Below, piece by piece: positions 35,956 through 49,328 of a stretch of DNA of 64,000 nucleotides; within the stretch, counting starts at the first letter, position 1; every line of letters begins with the position of its first letter. Under the pieces are notes generated by a model. That model did not search any database and was not told the origin of the DNA. It was given only the letters and a program-made list of their open reading frames with translations. The DNA comes from Selaginella moellendorffii (Eukaryota > Plantae > Lycopodiophyta): assembly GCF_000143415.4 (NCBI RefSeq), contig NW_003314269.1, forward strand, positions 1,557,544 to 1,621,543, in the 5' to 3' direction. A program made the translations under genes and the position numbers.

Positions 35956-38683
35956 ATATAAGTGCATGAAATATATGAAAAGAGAATATTAACCCAAAAA
36001 CCCTAGATTATATACAAAAGTGAGTGGTCTAAATTGAAACTAATTTGATAATTACTAAAATCCCTCTATACTAATATTAATATACAGTATCGTAACCATA
36101 CACTTAGATTTCATATCATCCCTTGCTCTCAGATTGATGGAAAACCATCAAGGTTTTTTCGTGGATGAGCAAAGATTTGAAAAAACATCAGGAGGATGCA
36201 TTAATGGATTTGTAGGTGGTGCCATTTGTTCTAAATCTCTTTGTACAAAGCATTTCAACTATTGCATATACACAATTTCTAAAAGATTGGCTTATTGGAT
36301 ATCATGCCAAATTTCATAAATTTGCAGTCCAACTTGCTGCAACACTTGATATGAACTTTTCCATTGAGCAAGGAGCCCTTTATATAAACCATATATTATA
36401 AAATAGGGAAAATAGATTAACACTAAGTCATCCACTTTATACTCTATAGATGGTTAATAATAGGAGTTGTAGTATCATTGTTGTCCCACTTGTATGCAAC
36501 CTAAGTGTTCGGCAAACTCTACTCAAACAAGTGGAAGAATGCTCACCAAATACTAATCCCACGACCTAGCATCAGCACCCTGTGGCAATTGCAAAGATAA
36601 ACCCAACTTTGTTGGCGGTATTGGATCATGACCATATAAAATATTCAAATGTTAAAAGTTCATGTACTTCACAATTATCCTTTTGAAGGTCTAAATGAGC
36701 CATTCCACCAAACCATTTGACTGTGGATGATAAACACTCGTGAAAATATAGCATATCCCCAACTGAGACATCAAAACGTGAAATGCCTCAACCATAAGTG
36801 TGGGACTATTATCCAAAAGAATATGCTCTAGATAGGATTGCATGAACACCATTCGATTGAGAAGGAAGTATCCAATAATAGTTGCAAATGCGCTAGTAAG
36901 AGCATTAACTTCCACCCAGCAAGTCAAGTAGTCAAAAACAATAATAACATACTCATTATTAGTAGTCGATTATGCAAAAGATCACCAATCAAATGCTACC
37001 AACGGACAGGAAATTTAATTGACTCCAATCGTCCTTCCACAACACGAAGGGGAATATTACGAGTTTGGCACCAAACGTAGCTATACACATACAGGATAAC
37101 ATCATGTCGCATCTCTAGCCAATAAAAAGATTTGTGCAACTTTTCGATCACACGACAATGTTTCATATACCCACCTAGAATAAAAGAATCATAGTAGATA
37201 TGGAGAAAGCATGGAATAAAGATTAAAGGTACCACTAACATAAATGATTATCAAGATCTGACCCCAGAAAATAAAGAAGACTATCCTCAAGGTGACATTA
37301 AGTATGTAAATGTTGAAATGGCAAATTATCAACAAGTAATACAAGATTTTAAAAACTCATTGCAAAGCCTTCGAATCCATGGTTCAATATTTTGAGCCTC
37401 ACGAACTTCGTCAAAAGAAGGTAAATCTTGGTCTGCACCTTGTAGACATTAGACGTTAAATATAGCAACCATCAACAACACGAAATCTTTATCCAAAAAA
37501 TCCATAGATGCTAGAACAACAAGTTTGTCAGAAATATAAAAAGAGAATGAAAAAGGAAAAGGATCTCAAGAAGGGGCATGAGCATTAGCCATACAACTCC
37601 TTGCACAATGAGCAACATCAAAATTATATATTTAAAGTTTCAAAACCCACCGAGCAGTACAACCAACTAGATTCTTTCATTTCTATAATGAAGTAACTGT
37701 AGCATGATATGAGAAACAAAATCCCTAGGCCCCAAAGTGGAGCCGAAAGGGTGCCATGTGGTAGTGGCCGAAGCGAAAGCCAAACAAGCATAACACGTTC
37801 GGATTAAAAGCTTCAACTTGAAAAGGTTGAGAGTGGGAGTGAAACTCCCAATGAAGTGCTCAAGGAACAAACATGAAGTGAGCAATGAGTGAGTCTCTAG
37901 AAAAGGGACACAAGAGGACCAAAACATGACATGTGAAAAAGTCTGAGATGGAGTCCGAGATAGGGGTGGCATTACCTACTTGGATACCTAGTGTGGCTCA
38001 ACAGAACCTCGTTCTAAGCCCATGGCTAGAGCACCCAAAAGTGGAAGGCGGGAAGAGTACCCACGAGGCTCACATAGCCACGATATTCCGAAATGTTGTC
38101 CCAAAGGCCCAGACTATAGAAAGAAAGAGGAGTAATCCTCTGGTGTAGTGACTAAGGATACAACCATGTGGTGAGGAAGTCCCAGAGGACCGTAAGACTT
38201 AGTGGTCAGGCCTGTGGGCCTCGATCTAGTGGCAGTGTTGGCGAACACGGCCATGGGCAGAAAGGGACTTAGTGGGGACTGAAAAAGGGATATTGGGGAA
38301 GGTTATTCCTCATGCCTGCGGGCATCCTAAAGATGCTAAAGAGTGGATCTAGGATGATCACTCATGGACAGATGGCCTAGTCTTTGAGAGATGAAGCTGT
38401 GATGTAGATGGTGTCAGACCACCAGTGTGACCAAGGTGAATAGGCATGGCCTTAGTGTAACGGGCTAATATGTCAGTAGTACCTTGGGGTGTCGGTCATG
38501 GGATCGGACATGTGGAGCACTTGGACCAAGTGCAATGGTTGAGTGGCATGGATGCCATTTTTGGGCTAGTAAGTCCCTAAGTCCAAAATAGGACTTACGG
38601 AGGTTGTGAGTGGGATTCCTCCAAGTGGTCGGAGGTGTGGTTAAGTGATTAAAGTAGAATGGAAAATTTAGTCGCTTACAACT

Positions 38684-38694
38684 TGGTATCAGAG
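38684..38694 (+). promoter_or_regulatory. Primer-binding site complementary to tRNA-iMet
   Basis: TGGTATCAGAG, 3 nt after the LTR terminal CA. Confidence 0.9.
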
Positions 38695-39588
38695 TTGTTC
38701 CTTAGTCCAACTCTTATTAGTGGCCAAGTATATCACCACTTGTATTAGAATTGGAAGGTCTTAGGTATGGACCTATCCTTGAGGAGGAGCATGTCGAGAG
38801 GATATGGCTCTCCATTCAAGTTTATGCATGAATTTGTGTGCAATGTGGTGGATGGAAAAGGGCCAATAAGGGAACGACTTTGGGATCTTGGGAATAGTAT
38901 AAGGGTTTCCTCATAAAGTTGAGGATGTGATCCAGATGAGCGTTTGACTCAGCAAATGGGCTAATGTAGTTGTGGTAAACAACTATAGTTGGGATTACGG
39001 GAAAGATGCAGACTCCGAAACAATAAAGGAGTGATAAGATTACCCTCATATAGTTGAGGCTGGTGCTCATGAATTTGAGACAGGAATTGATGACCATGAG
39101 AGGTCAAATATGGAAAAAGACATAAGTCCTTCAAATAGCTGAAGTTACCTCTAATAAATACTAGAACAACCCAAGGAGTTGGGGTGTACTTAGAGGATGA
39201 GTTGGTATTCTCATCACATGGATAAGTGGTCATAAGGGGCAAAAGGTTGCCCTAAAGAACAAATCAAGTGTTGGAATAACATTTATAATGGTGGTCCTGG
39301 TGAGTAAGACATGAATACAAGAAGTTGTATTCCAATGAGTTGGCACCTCAAAAGTAAGACTTTATAGGTTGGGGGATTAGAAAAAGTCCAAAAGGTTGAA
39401 TGACTTAAGTGGAGTCAAAGAATGGTCCTAAAGGACTAATGGAAGCATTTGGACTGAGGTGTAATGTGCCCCACAAAGGATGGGGAGGATCATAAGATCC
39501 TTGTATGAGAACAGTGGGTATCTCATGGGTGGCAGAATGTGCCATACTAAAGTCGTGGGAAAGGTGTTCCCAGAAGAAGCAACTTTGT

Positions 39589-39688
39589 NNNNNNNNNNNN
39601 NNNNNNNNNNNNNNNNNNNNNNNNNNNNNNNNNNNNNNNNNNNNNNNNNNNNNNNNNNNNNNNNNNNNNNNNNNNNNNNNNNNNNNNN
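39589..39688. other. Assembly gap (100 N)
   Basis: Run of N. The true length is unknown. Confidence 1.
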
Positions 39689-42600
39689 AAATGTGCCAAG
39701 GTGTGATACCTTGAGGTTATGTTGATGGGTTCATGAAACCCTTTGCCAAGGAAATCCCAATGGAAATGGGAATGGCATAGCCTAAGCTAGAAGGCATGTG
39801 GTAGAGTGTGGTGACCCAGATAATAATGGAGGTGTGGAAGCACCAACAATGAGTTGTAGGACTTGATAATTATGAAGCAACTAAGCAAGAGGTGTAAGGT
39901 AATTGGTTAAACGGGTAGAAAGTAGCTACTCAAGACTTCTTAATGGCATAAAAAAGTTAGATATACCCTTATCGGGGATAAATTGCTTATATTGCAATAT
40001 AATAAGTCAATGTCGTAAAAGGAAATGCTCATTGTCAAGAAGGTTATTATTGGGACACCCAAATATTCTAGAACACCAAAAGGTGGTGTTTAGTGTCGCG
40101 AGGGCAATAGATAAAGCCCAAGAGACTAAGTCCCTTGCGAATGATGGATAGAAGGTGCTATCCAAACGTCCAAGGTTGCGGAGATAGGAGAAATCTCTCT
40201 ACTCGAATTGGACAAAGCCAAAAAGGGATTTTGGCAAGGCTAATGATGGGCATATAAAGGCTCATAAGTAACAACGTTAATTCTGGTGTATGGGATTACT
40301 AAGTGAGCATACCCGGATTGAGGAACCACTCCCTAGATTGTTAGGTAAGTTTATCCCCATGAATATTTGCTAAGGCATGGTAGAAAGTGCAAAACTATCC
40401 TCCTAGTTTAAAGGAGAATAATTGAAGGAAACATATGAGGCCAAAAAGTAAAGTAGTAAAAGGATGGAACTGAACTATAAAAATCGAAGGGCATAACCAA
40501 GGGTGGTTATGCGAGTTGGGAGTGGAGATTCAAGTGGGTGCTCGAGCGGGTTATTATTAACGACCGCGATGCTATAGAAAGTCTAAAATGTGGAATTATC
40601 CATATTAGACTATATGGTGATTAAGGAGCTTGCAAAAAGGAGAAGCCTTAGCAAGCTAAGGAATAAAGTTCCTTGAAGGTTCCTAAAGAAAATTCTAGGT
40701 AGATAAGTACTTAGAAAGCCAAGTGTAAATGGTTCCTAGAGCGCGTGAAATTGGAGTGGTGTAGCAGAAACGTGGTCTTGAAGCTTGCCATGAGGCGAGG
40801 CTATCAAGGTTGGGGAAGTAGTTCTGGAGTGTTTAAAGAGAGGGCTTTGAACGAAAATCGATGATTAAAGACTTTCACACTTATGCATGAACCATGTTAT
40901 AATGGCCGGATGACTTGCTAGATGAGATTGGCAAGTCAGGGGAACAAATACCCTAGTTGAAGGTGCTACCTTCAAAAAGGGTGGCCCATGGGGCCAAGTA
41001 TGGAGGAGTCCATGCATAATCACGGACTTGTCAAGTGAGAAGACTTGGCAGTGTAGAGGAACTAAGTTCCTAAGCTGTGATTTGTAGCGTGCTTTAACTA
41101 TAAGTTAGTGCACTGGCGTGGGGAGTCACGCCAGGCATCTTGGATGATGCCTTCCGTAAATGCATATATAGAGGTTGGGTTCGAGTCCTGACCCTCTAGT
41201 GCTTGGGTTTGAGTCCCAACTCACTAGGGCGCAGTAATAGTTTGAAATATGAGAACACTCATTTTTCAGTGGTCATGGGCTCTCAGTAAGGAGGCTGGCT
41301 TAGGCACACTACCAAGCGGGGGATGCCCTGGAGTCATGATACACGATTAGATTACTTAGTGTGGCTTGACAAATCTAACTTGAACACTTTGGTGCAAGTG
41401 GCACCAAGAATGTGGTGAATGAAATGGGGATACCCAATCTCAGTTGCTATGGACCCTTAGCCAAAAGGGCTAGCTTGGGTGCACCGCTAAGTGTGGGGGA
41501 TGCCCCCAGGGTCATGGTGAACAACTTAAAGGTCTAGAGGACTTAGTACCTATTGGCAAACTTGTTAAAGTGCCAAGGTTAGATCACTAGGTGATCTTAG
41601 GACTAAAACAAGGACAAAGTCCTTGTGAAGTTAACGGATAAAGTTTTTAGTTCAAAGTGTTGATTTAAACTATTGATGATGGTGTGGCTTGGTCAAGGTG
41701 ACCAAGTGGGAAGAACACCTAAGAGAAATGATCTGTGGCAATGTGATGGCATAGTGAGTTCGAAAGGATACCTCAAGAATGGAGGTAGTGATATGATGTT
41801 GCTAGGTGCAACAATCAAGGATAAAAGCAAAAAACTAGTGGCTAAGAAAAGAGCCATGAGAATCATGGGAAAGAATCCAAAAGGCAAAATTAGGCCAGGA
41901 ATACTAATGTGTTAGGTGCTAACAAATTGTGGGAAAGGCAATGTGTTTCCAAGGATGGATTCCCAATTGCTCCGATTTGGCGAAAATGGAAGCTCTATGG
42001 GAGGGAGCAGTAAGGTAGCCAAATGATAGGGCCATAGATAGCTCTAGCACAAAGTATGATAACTGGAACTTAGTGCCTAAGGTGGCACAAAATAGAAGAG
42101 AGAATGATGGTGCCTTCAAATAGAGAACTTCCTAAGATGGGGAAGTGGAGTTGCACAATATGTGCAATGCAAGGTGTCGGAGACACTTAAGAAATTGACT
42201 TTGAGAAGTCAAAAGTAAAGGTTCCAAAGTGCAAAAGTTATATCGATAGAAACTGAGACTACTTGAGAAGGAGTAGTGGATTGAGATAGAGACAGTGTCT
42301 TTAATAGGTTTAGTGAGGACTAAACCAATAAACGAAGAGAACCACCACAAGTGGTTGAATAATTCTCTAAGTTGGAGAGACTATATTCCTTAGAGGATGG
42401 GCAAGGCATGGTGAGCCTTCAGTATCAAACCATTGACAAATGATGGAAGGGCCAAGGATGGAAACAGTAATACAAGTTGGTATTACTTTATAAAATAGTT
42501 TATCGTTCGATGAGGACATCAAACTTTGTTTATGGGTGGTGGAGTTGTGAGAAACAAAATCCCTAGGCCCCAAAGTGGAGCCGAAAGGGCGCCATGTGGT

Positions 42601-42777
42601 TGTGGCCAAAGCGAAAGCCAAACAAGTGTAACACGTTTGGACTAAAAGCTCCGACTTGAAAAGGTCGAAAGTGGGAGTGAAACTCCCAATGAAGTGCTTG
42701 AGAAACAAGCATGAAACGAGTAATGAGTGAGTCTCTAGAAAAAGGACACAAGAGGACCAAAACATGACACGTGAAAG

Positions 42778-43085
42778 AGTCTGAGATGAAGTCTGAGATG
42801 GACCCGAGATGGACCCGAGATGGACCCGAGATGGAGTCCAAGATGGAGTCCGAGATGGACATGAGATGGACCCGAGATGGACCCCAGATAGACCCGAGAT
42901 GGAGTCCGAGATGGAGTCTGAGATGGACCTAAGATGGACCCGAGATGAAGTCCAAGATGGAGTCCGAGATGGAGTTCGAGATGGAGTTCGAGTCTGAGAT
43001 GGAGTCCGAGATGGAACCGGGACCGAGACCGAGACCGAGATCGAGTCCAAGTCTAAGACTAGGACCGAGACCGAGTCCGAGTCTG
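42778..43085 (+). repeat. Minisatellite of GGA(C/GT)CCGAGAT / GACCGA units inside the 3' LTR
   Basis: About 20 imperfect 11-12 bp units followed by 6 bp GACCGA units. Only ~2 units are present in the 5' LTR. Confidence 0.9.
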
Positions 43086-46000
43086 AATACTAATACAGGA
43101 AGTTGGGTGAAAGCCCAAAGCAATCGTCCCTTGGGGGGGGGGGGCTGCAGGGGGTTCCAAAAGTATAGTAGGGAGAATATGGGGGTTGGAGCCCAATGGA
43201 GGCAATTTGACCAGGAGAGGCCAGGAAGGCCCAGGAAGGCCATGCCCAGTGTTAGGTGATGAGCTGACCACTGGGAAGTCCAAAACTAGAGTGAATACGG
43301 ACTAACAATGGGGTAACTTGGCGAAGTGTTCAAGAGCCGGCTCTAGTTCCCCCAGGAGATTAAATGGTTGATGCTCCCAGTCCAAGTGTGGGTGGCACTA
43401 CTTACTTGGATACCTGGTGTGGCTCAATAGAACCTCGCTCTAAGCCCATGGCTAGAGCACCCAAAGGTGGAAGGCGGGGAGAGTACCCATGAGGCTCACA
43501 TAAGGCCACAGTATTCCGAAATGTTGTCCCAAAGGCCCAGACTATGAAAAGAAAGAGGAGTAGTCCTCTGGTGTAGTGACCAAAGATACAGCCGTGTGGT
43601 GAGGAAGTCCCAGAGGATCATGGGATTTAGTGGTCGGGCATGTGGGCCTCGATCTAGTGGCAATGTTGGTGAACACGGCCATGGGTAGAAAGGGACTTGG
43701 TGGGGACCAAAAAAGGGATATTGGGGAAGGCTATTCCTCATGCCTGCGGGCATCCTAAGGATGCTAGGGAGTGGATCTGGGATGATCACTCATGGACGGA
43801 TGGCTCAGTCTTTGAGAGACGGGGCTGTGATGTAGATGGTGTCAGACCATCGGTATGACCAAAGTGAATAGGCATGGCTTTAGTGTAGCGGGCTAATATG
43901 TCAGTAGTACCTTGGGGTGTCAGTCATGGGATCGGACATGTGAAGCACTTGGACCAAGTGCAATGGTTGAGTGGCATGGATGCCATTTTTGGGGCTAGTA
44001 AGTCCCTAAGTCCAAAATAGGACTTACGGAGTTTGTGAGTGGGATTCCTCCAAAATCACGGGAAAAATGTAGACTCCGAAACAATAAAGGAGTCACAAAA
44101 TCACCTTCATATAGTTGAGGCTAATGCTCATGAATTTAAGACAGGAATTGATGACCATGGGAGGTCAACCAAATGTGTGTATAAACCAGATGAAAGATAA
44201 CATTGACAACTTCAGCAATGCTTGCAATGGTGTGGTGCAATTAGAAAAATGATCAGCAAAACGATCGAGATATTACACTTTACCTAGGAAGCACAGCACA
44301 TGATTCACACTTTAGAGTAAGGAACTTTCGAACAGCCACAAGTTTGTCAGGATTAGCTTGCAAATTGTCATAAAAAATACAGTACCCAAGATAAGTTATG
44401 TCCTTGGACTTAAACACACATTTTGACCGCTTCAACTTTAAACCAACTTCTTATAACTGATCCAACACTTTATGAATATCAGGGTCATGCTCTTCTTATA
44501 TCCCCTCCGAGTGGATTACGACATCATTAATGAAATTAACAATCATCTCAGGCATATTGCAAAGAACCTCATCCTTATTAAAGCATTGTTCAAACCAAAT
44601 GGCATCACCAAGAACTCATAAAAACCAAACAATATATGAAAAACAGTCTTAGAAATATCTTCTTCAGCCATCAGTACTTCCCAGTACTTAGAAGCAACAT
44701 CGAACTTGGTAAACCAATAACTTCTCTTTAGACAATCCAAGAGATCAGCATTGTGAAGAAGAGGGTAAACATCTAAGATTGTTACTTCATTTAATGGATA
44801 ATAATTGATATATAAATGAATATTCCTATCAGATTTTGTCACAAGATGAAGTTCACATGCCTAAAGACTCTACGACTTTCGAATAACTCTTTTTTCAAAC
44901 ATTTCTTTCACGTTTGCATGTAAAATCTTGATTTCTTTAGGTCATTAATGACGAATAGAAACCTTGATTGAATGAACATCCCTAATTGGAATAGGATGAC
45001 ATGTTGCAATTTTGGCCCCAAATGATAAATCAAATTCAAAGAGATGGGCATATTCCTTCATGAGTCAGTCAACCACTGCAACATAAAAACCGTTAGAGGG
45101 ATTAGAAAAAGAAATAGAGGAATAAAATAAAAACTTAGGAGGAAGTAAAATGGAGACAAAAGTGATGGAAGCAAAGGTAAAATCAAAGGGATGAAAAGTT
45201 ATAAAAGTGAGAGGAATGGAAGAAATATCAAGAAGTATGAAACAAGAAGAAGAAACCTTGAAGTCATACTTGGTATGATTGTGCCACAACCAATCCATAC
45301 TAAAGATAAGGTCAAAAGCTTAACTCAACACCACTCGTAATGACTGTAGCTCAAGCTCAAGATCACCCATATGCACAATTAGCTTTGCCTCATCTCGTGC
45401 ACATGTATATATACAGCCATTACCATAAAGAATGAAAATTGGTTTTGCCATATAATGCAAATGTAGACAGCAATGTGTGTCAATAAACCAAGCAATAAAA
45501 GATAAACTCAAACTTGTATCAACTAATATAGAGAGAATAATAAGAAACCTCTTGTTATAAAAATGAGTTTGGAAAGTAAACATTGGATGAACTGGTGCCG
45601 AGTTAACCTTTTAATAATACTTCCGAAAGATATATGAAGGGTCACTAACTTATTTGCACAAGGTCCTTCTTTTACTCGCACGACTCTTCATTTCTCAAAT
45701 ACATCTCAATGTCTAGACTTTCCACTATAGCAACACTAATAGAATATTGTTAACACTAAGGTCTCCACCCAAGAAATGGAAGTCGCTAATCTGGAAAATG
45801 CCGACAACACCGATAAGTGTGACCAACTTCATCACACGCCCAAGGATGAACATCACAGCCATGACCACGTCCTTGCCCTTTGTCTTTAAATTTGGGCAGC
45901 AGTAGCATCAACTTCTATTAGAACAAGACTATCTCTCACAAGAATTGGAGCTAAAACACATGTAGTGAGAAGTGAAAGAAGTGACATCTTATAATATTGT

Positions 46001-47814
46001 GCTAGACAAAGGGCATCAACAAAGGTGGCTGGAGTAAATGCATGCACAAGTCTTACAAAATCTTGATGAAATGTTAGCCACAACATTACTAACTTGATCC
46101 GCTTTGACATATTTGGCTCCACACGAAGTAAGAGGCTTTAAAAACAAATGCTAAACTCCATCATTGACTCAAATGGCATTTGATAAAAATTATGCAATTG
46201 TTAGAAGGCATTATCATAATCATTAGTATGTCCAAATGTGTATTTGAAAATGTCTGGAAAAATACTCTAATTTGCACAAATGGTTGCTCTCAAACTATTA
46301 TACCACTGCAGCATCGTCCCTTTAAGACACGTAGGAAACTCATGCAAATGTTAAGCATCATCCTAGAAATGATATATGGCAATCATCGTGAAGTGATTGA
46401 ACCAATGGTATATATCATCCCCAAGATTCTCATGAATAAACTCTAGCCGAACGCAAGGATTGGCAGTAATAGCAAAAAGAGTTGTACCACACACTGTGAA
46501 TGTTGTTATCAATTAAGTCTTATTGTTTAATTACAATAACATAGCATTAAGCAATTGCACCAATTGCTACTCTAAAGTCAAAGGAGGAAGACGTTACTGC
46601 TTTGCCATGAAGATGAAGGAAAAGGAAAGAGTAAAAAATAAGAAGTTGAGAAAAATAATAAAAAAAGGGGAGATCTAGAGAATACAAAAATTAGATCTAA
46701 ACCAAAATCCCAAAAACAATAAGAAAAGAGAGATCTAAACAATGTAAAAATTAAATTTAACCCAAAATCCCAAATTCTAACACTCCTCAGGGACAATCAA
46801 AATTGCTCCTCAACTCGACCAATATGAGTGCATGGAATATAGAAAAAGAATACAAGAAATGTGTATATCAATTAGCCTAAAAACCTTAATTTATATACAG
46901 AAGAGAATGATCCGGATTAAAACCAATTTAATGGCTACCAAAGTCCCACTACACTAATATTAATATATAGCATTGTAACTGTACAATTTGTACATCACAG
47001 TTATAATTTATATTTATATTTATTTTATAGTGGATATTAACCCTCACCAAAATTAATTGATATTAAAGGTGGTTATTTCCCAGAGTTTGCTGAGTGTAAA
47101 GTGATAGAGTGGTCTACAAAAGCTAAAGGTTAGCTAATTTTAAATTTTGATTATCCACTAATAAGTTTTTTATTAAGGAGCTATGTTTTCAAGTGGAATT
47201 AAAATCTATCAAAGGGGACAAACTTATGACACATGGCATTGTCTTGCGTACCAGAGAAATCACTTTGCAGTAATATATTCAATTTTATAAATATCTTTGT
47301 CAATACATTTGTGTAGGTAATATGGGAGAGATTAATTTCTCAACCCAGTACTGCATGAGGTGGGGAATGCGGCTATTATTCCAAGCAATGTCTTGGGATT
47401 TGAGTGCCTAGGTGATCTATTTGATCTCTTACAGTTTCTTTCTAGTGTACAACATAATTAAATTCTCATTTTATTAGTCTTTTGCTAAATATTTGTGGAT
47501 TTGCTCCATCCTCTCGCGAGCATGAGCCACGGGTTTGATGGCTCCTACAAGGGACCTCTACCTATTGAGGGGAAAGAAGATATAACTTGGGACCAGTCAC
47601 CGAGCACCGCCACTCTACAAAGGAACAGCTTCTCCTCTTGTTTGTCCCTGGAGATTTGCATCCGAGGATTCGGCCGCACAAACGGGGTGTTTTGCCTTCT
47701 CTCCCACCCAAGAACAGGTACGTGCTTCTACTCTCTTACAGCTTTCGGTTGGAAGCTAGAGCTTTCTTCCTCTACTTCTTCTACTGGTTATTACGAGCTG
47801 TGGAGGCAGCAAAT

Positions 47815-48026
47815 GGTGCTGTTTTCTCCGGTTGACAAACAACTGCTACGTCCAAACTTTGATGCACGACTTCGCACCGTTGATCCTCAGCTTTTGAAAG
47901 CCGAGTGGAGTCCAATCCAAGGTGCTGTTTTCTCCGGTTGACAAACAACTGCTACGTCCGAACTTTGATGCACGACTTTGCAGCGTTGATCCTCAGCTTT
48001 TGAAAGCCGAGTGGAGTCCAATCCAA
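47815..48026. repeat. 106 bp tandem duplication (2 copies)
   Basis: GGTGCTGTTTTCTCCGGTTGACAAACAAC...GAGTCCAATCCAA starts at 47815 and at 47921. Confidence 0.95.
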
Positions 48027-49328
48027 GTTACCGGACAGCACCTCCTGCTTATACTTCTCAGATGAGGTTTTTCCCAGTGTCTCTTCCATGAGATCGGTGA
48101 GATCCTGTCCAACAAAACGGATTTGCATACTTGAAAAAGCAAGGCTTTTACCTCGTCACTCCACATTTGCATCTTAAGGTTGTGGATGATCTTTGGCATG
48201 GCAAAAGTTCCTTTCGTGCGAAGATTTCGCAATAACACTTTCCCTGCTGTTTCATAAGAGATCTAGGTAAACCTTTTCTTTGGAAGACGTTCTCGCGACT
48301 TCCACCAGCCTAGGTAAGGCTCGATAGCGTCCACAGCCAAGCTGTAGAGCGAGAGGAGCCACATGCATAGAGTTGCCTCGTACAGTAGCTAGAAACGAAA
48401 AACAAGACCACTGCTGTAGAAAACCAGCTGAGTCGAGAGCACAGCATCACGAACCTGAATGTACTGCTGTGCAGATATCAAGGGAGTCAGGAGTTTCTGG
48501 TGAGGTATACGCTCTCTATGACATGATCCTAGGTGGCAGTAGTGCCACTCCGCTGATCCAAGTTTAGGCTAGAGGCATGTCTCTTGATCATGTATATATA
48601 GCTATGATGTTATATTCAGACGATCATCCTTGTCTATCATAGCTTCTGCATATCTCTTCAGTTTCACGCCCTCAAGTTGTACAAACATGGAATTCACTCC
48701 TAGCGGAGTAGCCAAAGTGCTGACGGCTGTTGGTATCACGCAGCTTGGATGAGAAGGATGAAAAAACAAATCATTCAGTGCCGGCTGTGTTCGTGGATGA
48801 GCGCTTCCAAACAACTAAGAAGTAAGACAACTTCTCTCGAAAAGTCTCAAAACGAGCTACGTGATAAGACGGTCAGAATCTTGCAAGCTTTTTTTCTTGG
48901 GGAGCAAACTGGGGAAAAGAAAAAACAAGAGACTTAGTGCCAGTGCCAGTCAGCAAATTCTCACCTCAAGCAAAGCCGGCAAATCTCCTCGGGAGAAAAT
49001 TCTTCATCGTGAAACAATGCATCATGCTTTATCCTGACATGGATATTAAGGCGGGTCTTTCTTCCAAAAAACAAAAAGCCATGCTTCCAAAAGCTATGAA
49101 ATTACCAGAGACCATTTCATCTCTCATGTCTAGCTTCGTCTCCTAGGAGTTGGAAGTCTTGACAAGAGTGTCTGCAACACCAGCGGTAAAAAACGGCACA
49201 GAAAAACGTTATCCCGTATAAGAGGTGAACAGTCAACCTGAGGCGTGAACCAGGAATCGCAAGTGATGGCTAAAAACCGCCAACCTGAGAAACCCTAACC
49301 TAAGTAAGAAGAAAGTGACTAGATTGCC

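Larger units (their letters stand above)
37708..44167 (+). mobile_element. Younger nested LTR retroelement (gypsy-like, no intact pol): 5' LTR 37708-38680, PBS tRNA-iMet 38684-38694, PPT ~42533-42545, 3' LTR 42546-~44053
   Basis: Long near-identical direct repeats start T.TGAGAAACAAAATCCCTAGGCCCC. The 5' LTR ends ...CTTACA and is followed by TGGTATCAGAG. GGGTGGTGGAG precedes the second LTR. The internal region is full of stops. Confidence 0.9.
35952..46999 (-). mobile_element. Old degenerate Ty3/gypsy LTR retrotransposon (short diverged LTRs 35952-36118 and ~46822-46999), interrupted by a nested element
   Basis: Minus-strand order is gag (46440-45800, knuckle CDEVGHTYRCC), protease (LVDTSLSLSFI), RT (YPLLHNADLLDCL..WFTKFDVASKYWEV..FYEFLVMPFGL), RNase H end (~37550-37660), integrase (YWLEMRHDV..CQ; TSVYHPQSNGLVE). 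LTR copies share AGTGCATG.AATATA...TATACA...TA.ACTAATATTAATATA. A purine tract precedes the 3' LTR. Confidence 0.85.

Noticed and set aside
42367-43283. Ser/Arg/Thr/Pro-repeat ORFs of up to 227 aa
   Set aside because: Translations of the LTR minisatellite, not genes.
47495-49146. Several short ORFs with intron-like tracts in the island
   Set aside because: No consistent frame or recognisable family could be reconstructed. They are probably captured or decayed gene fragments and were left uncalled.
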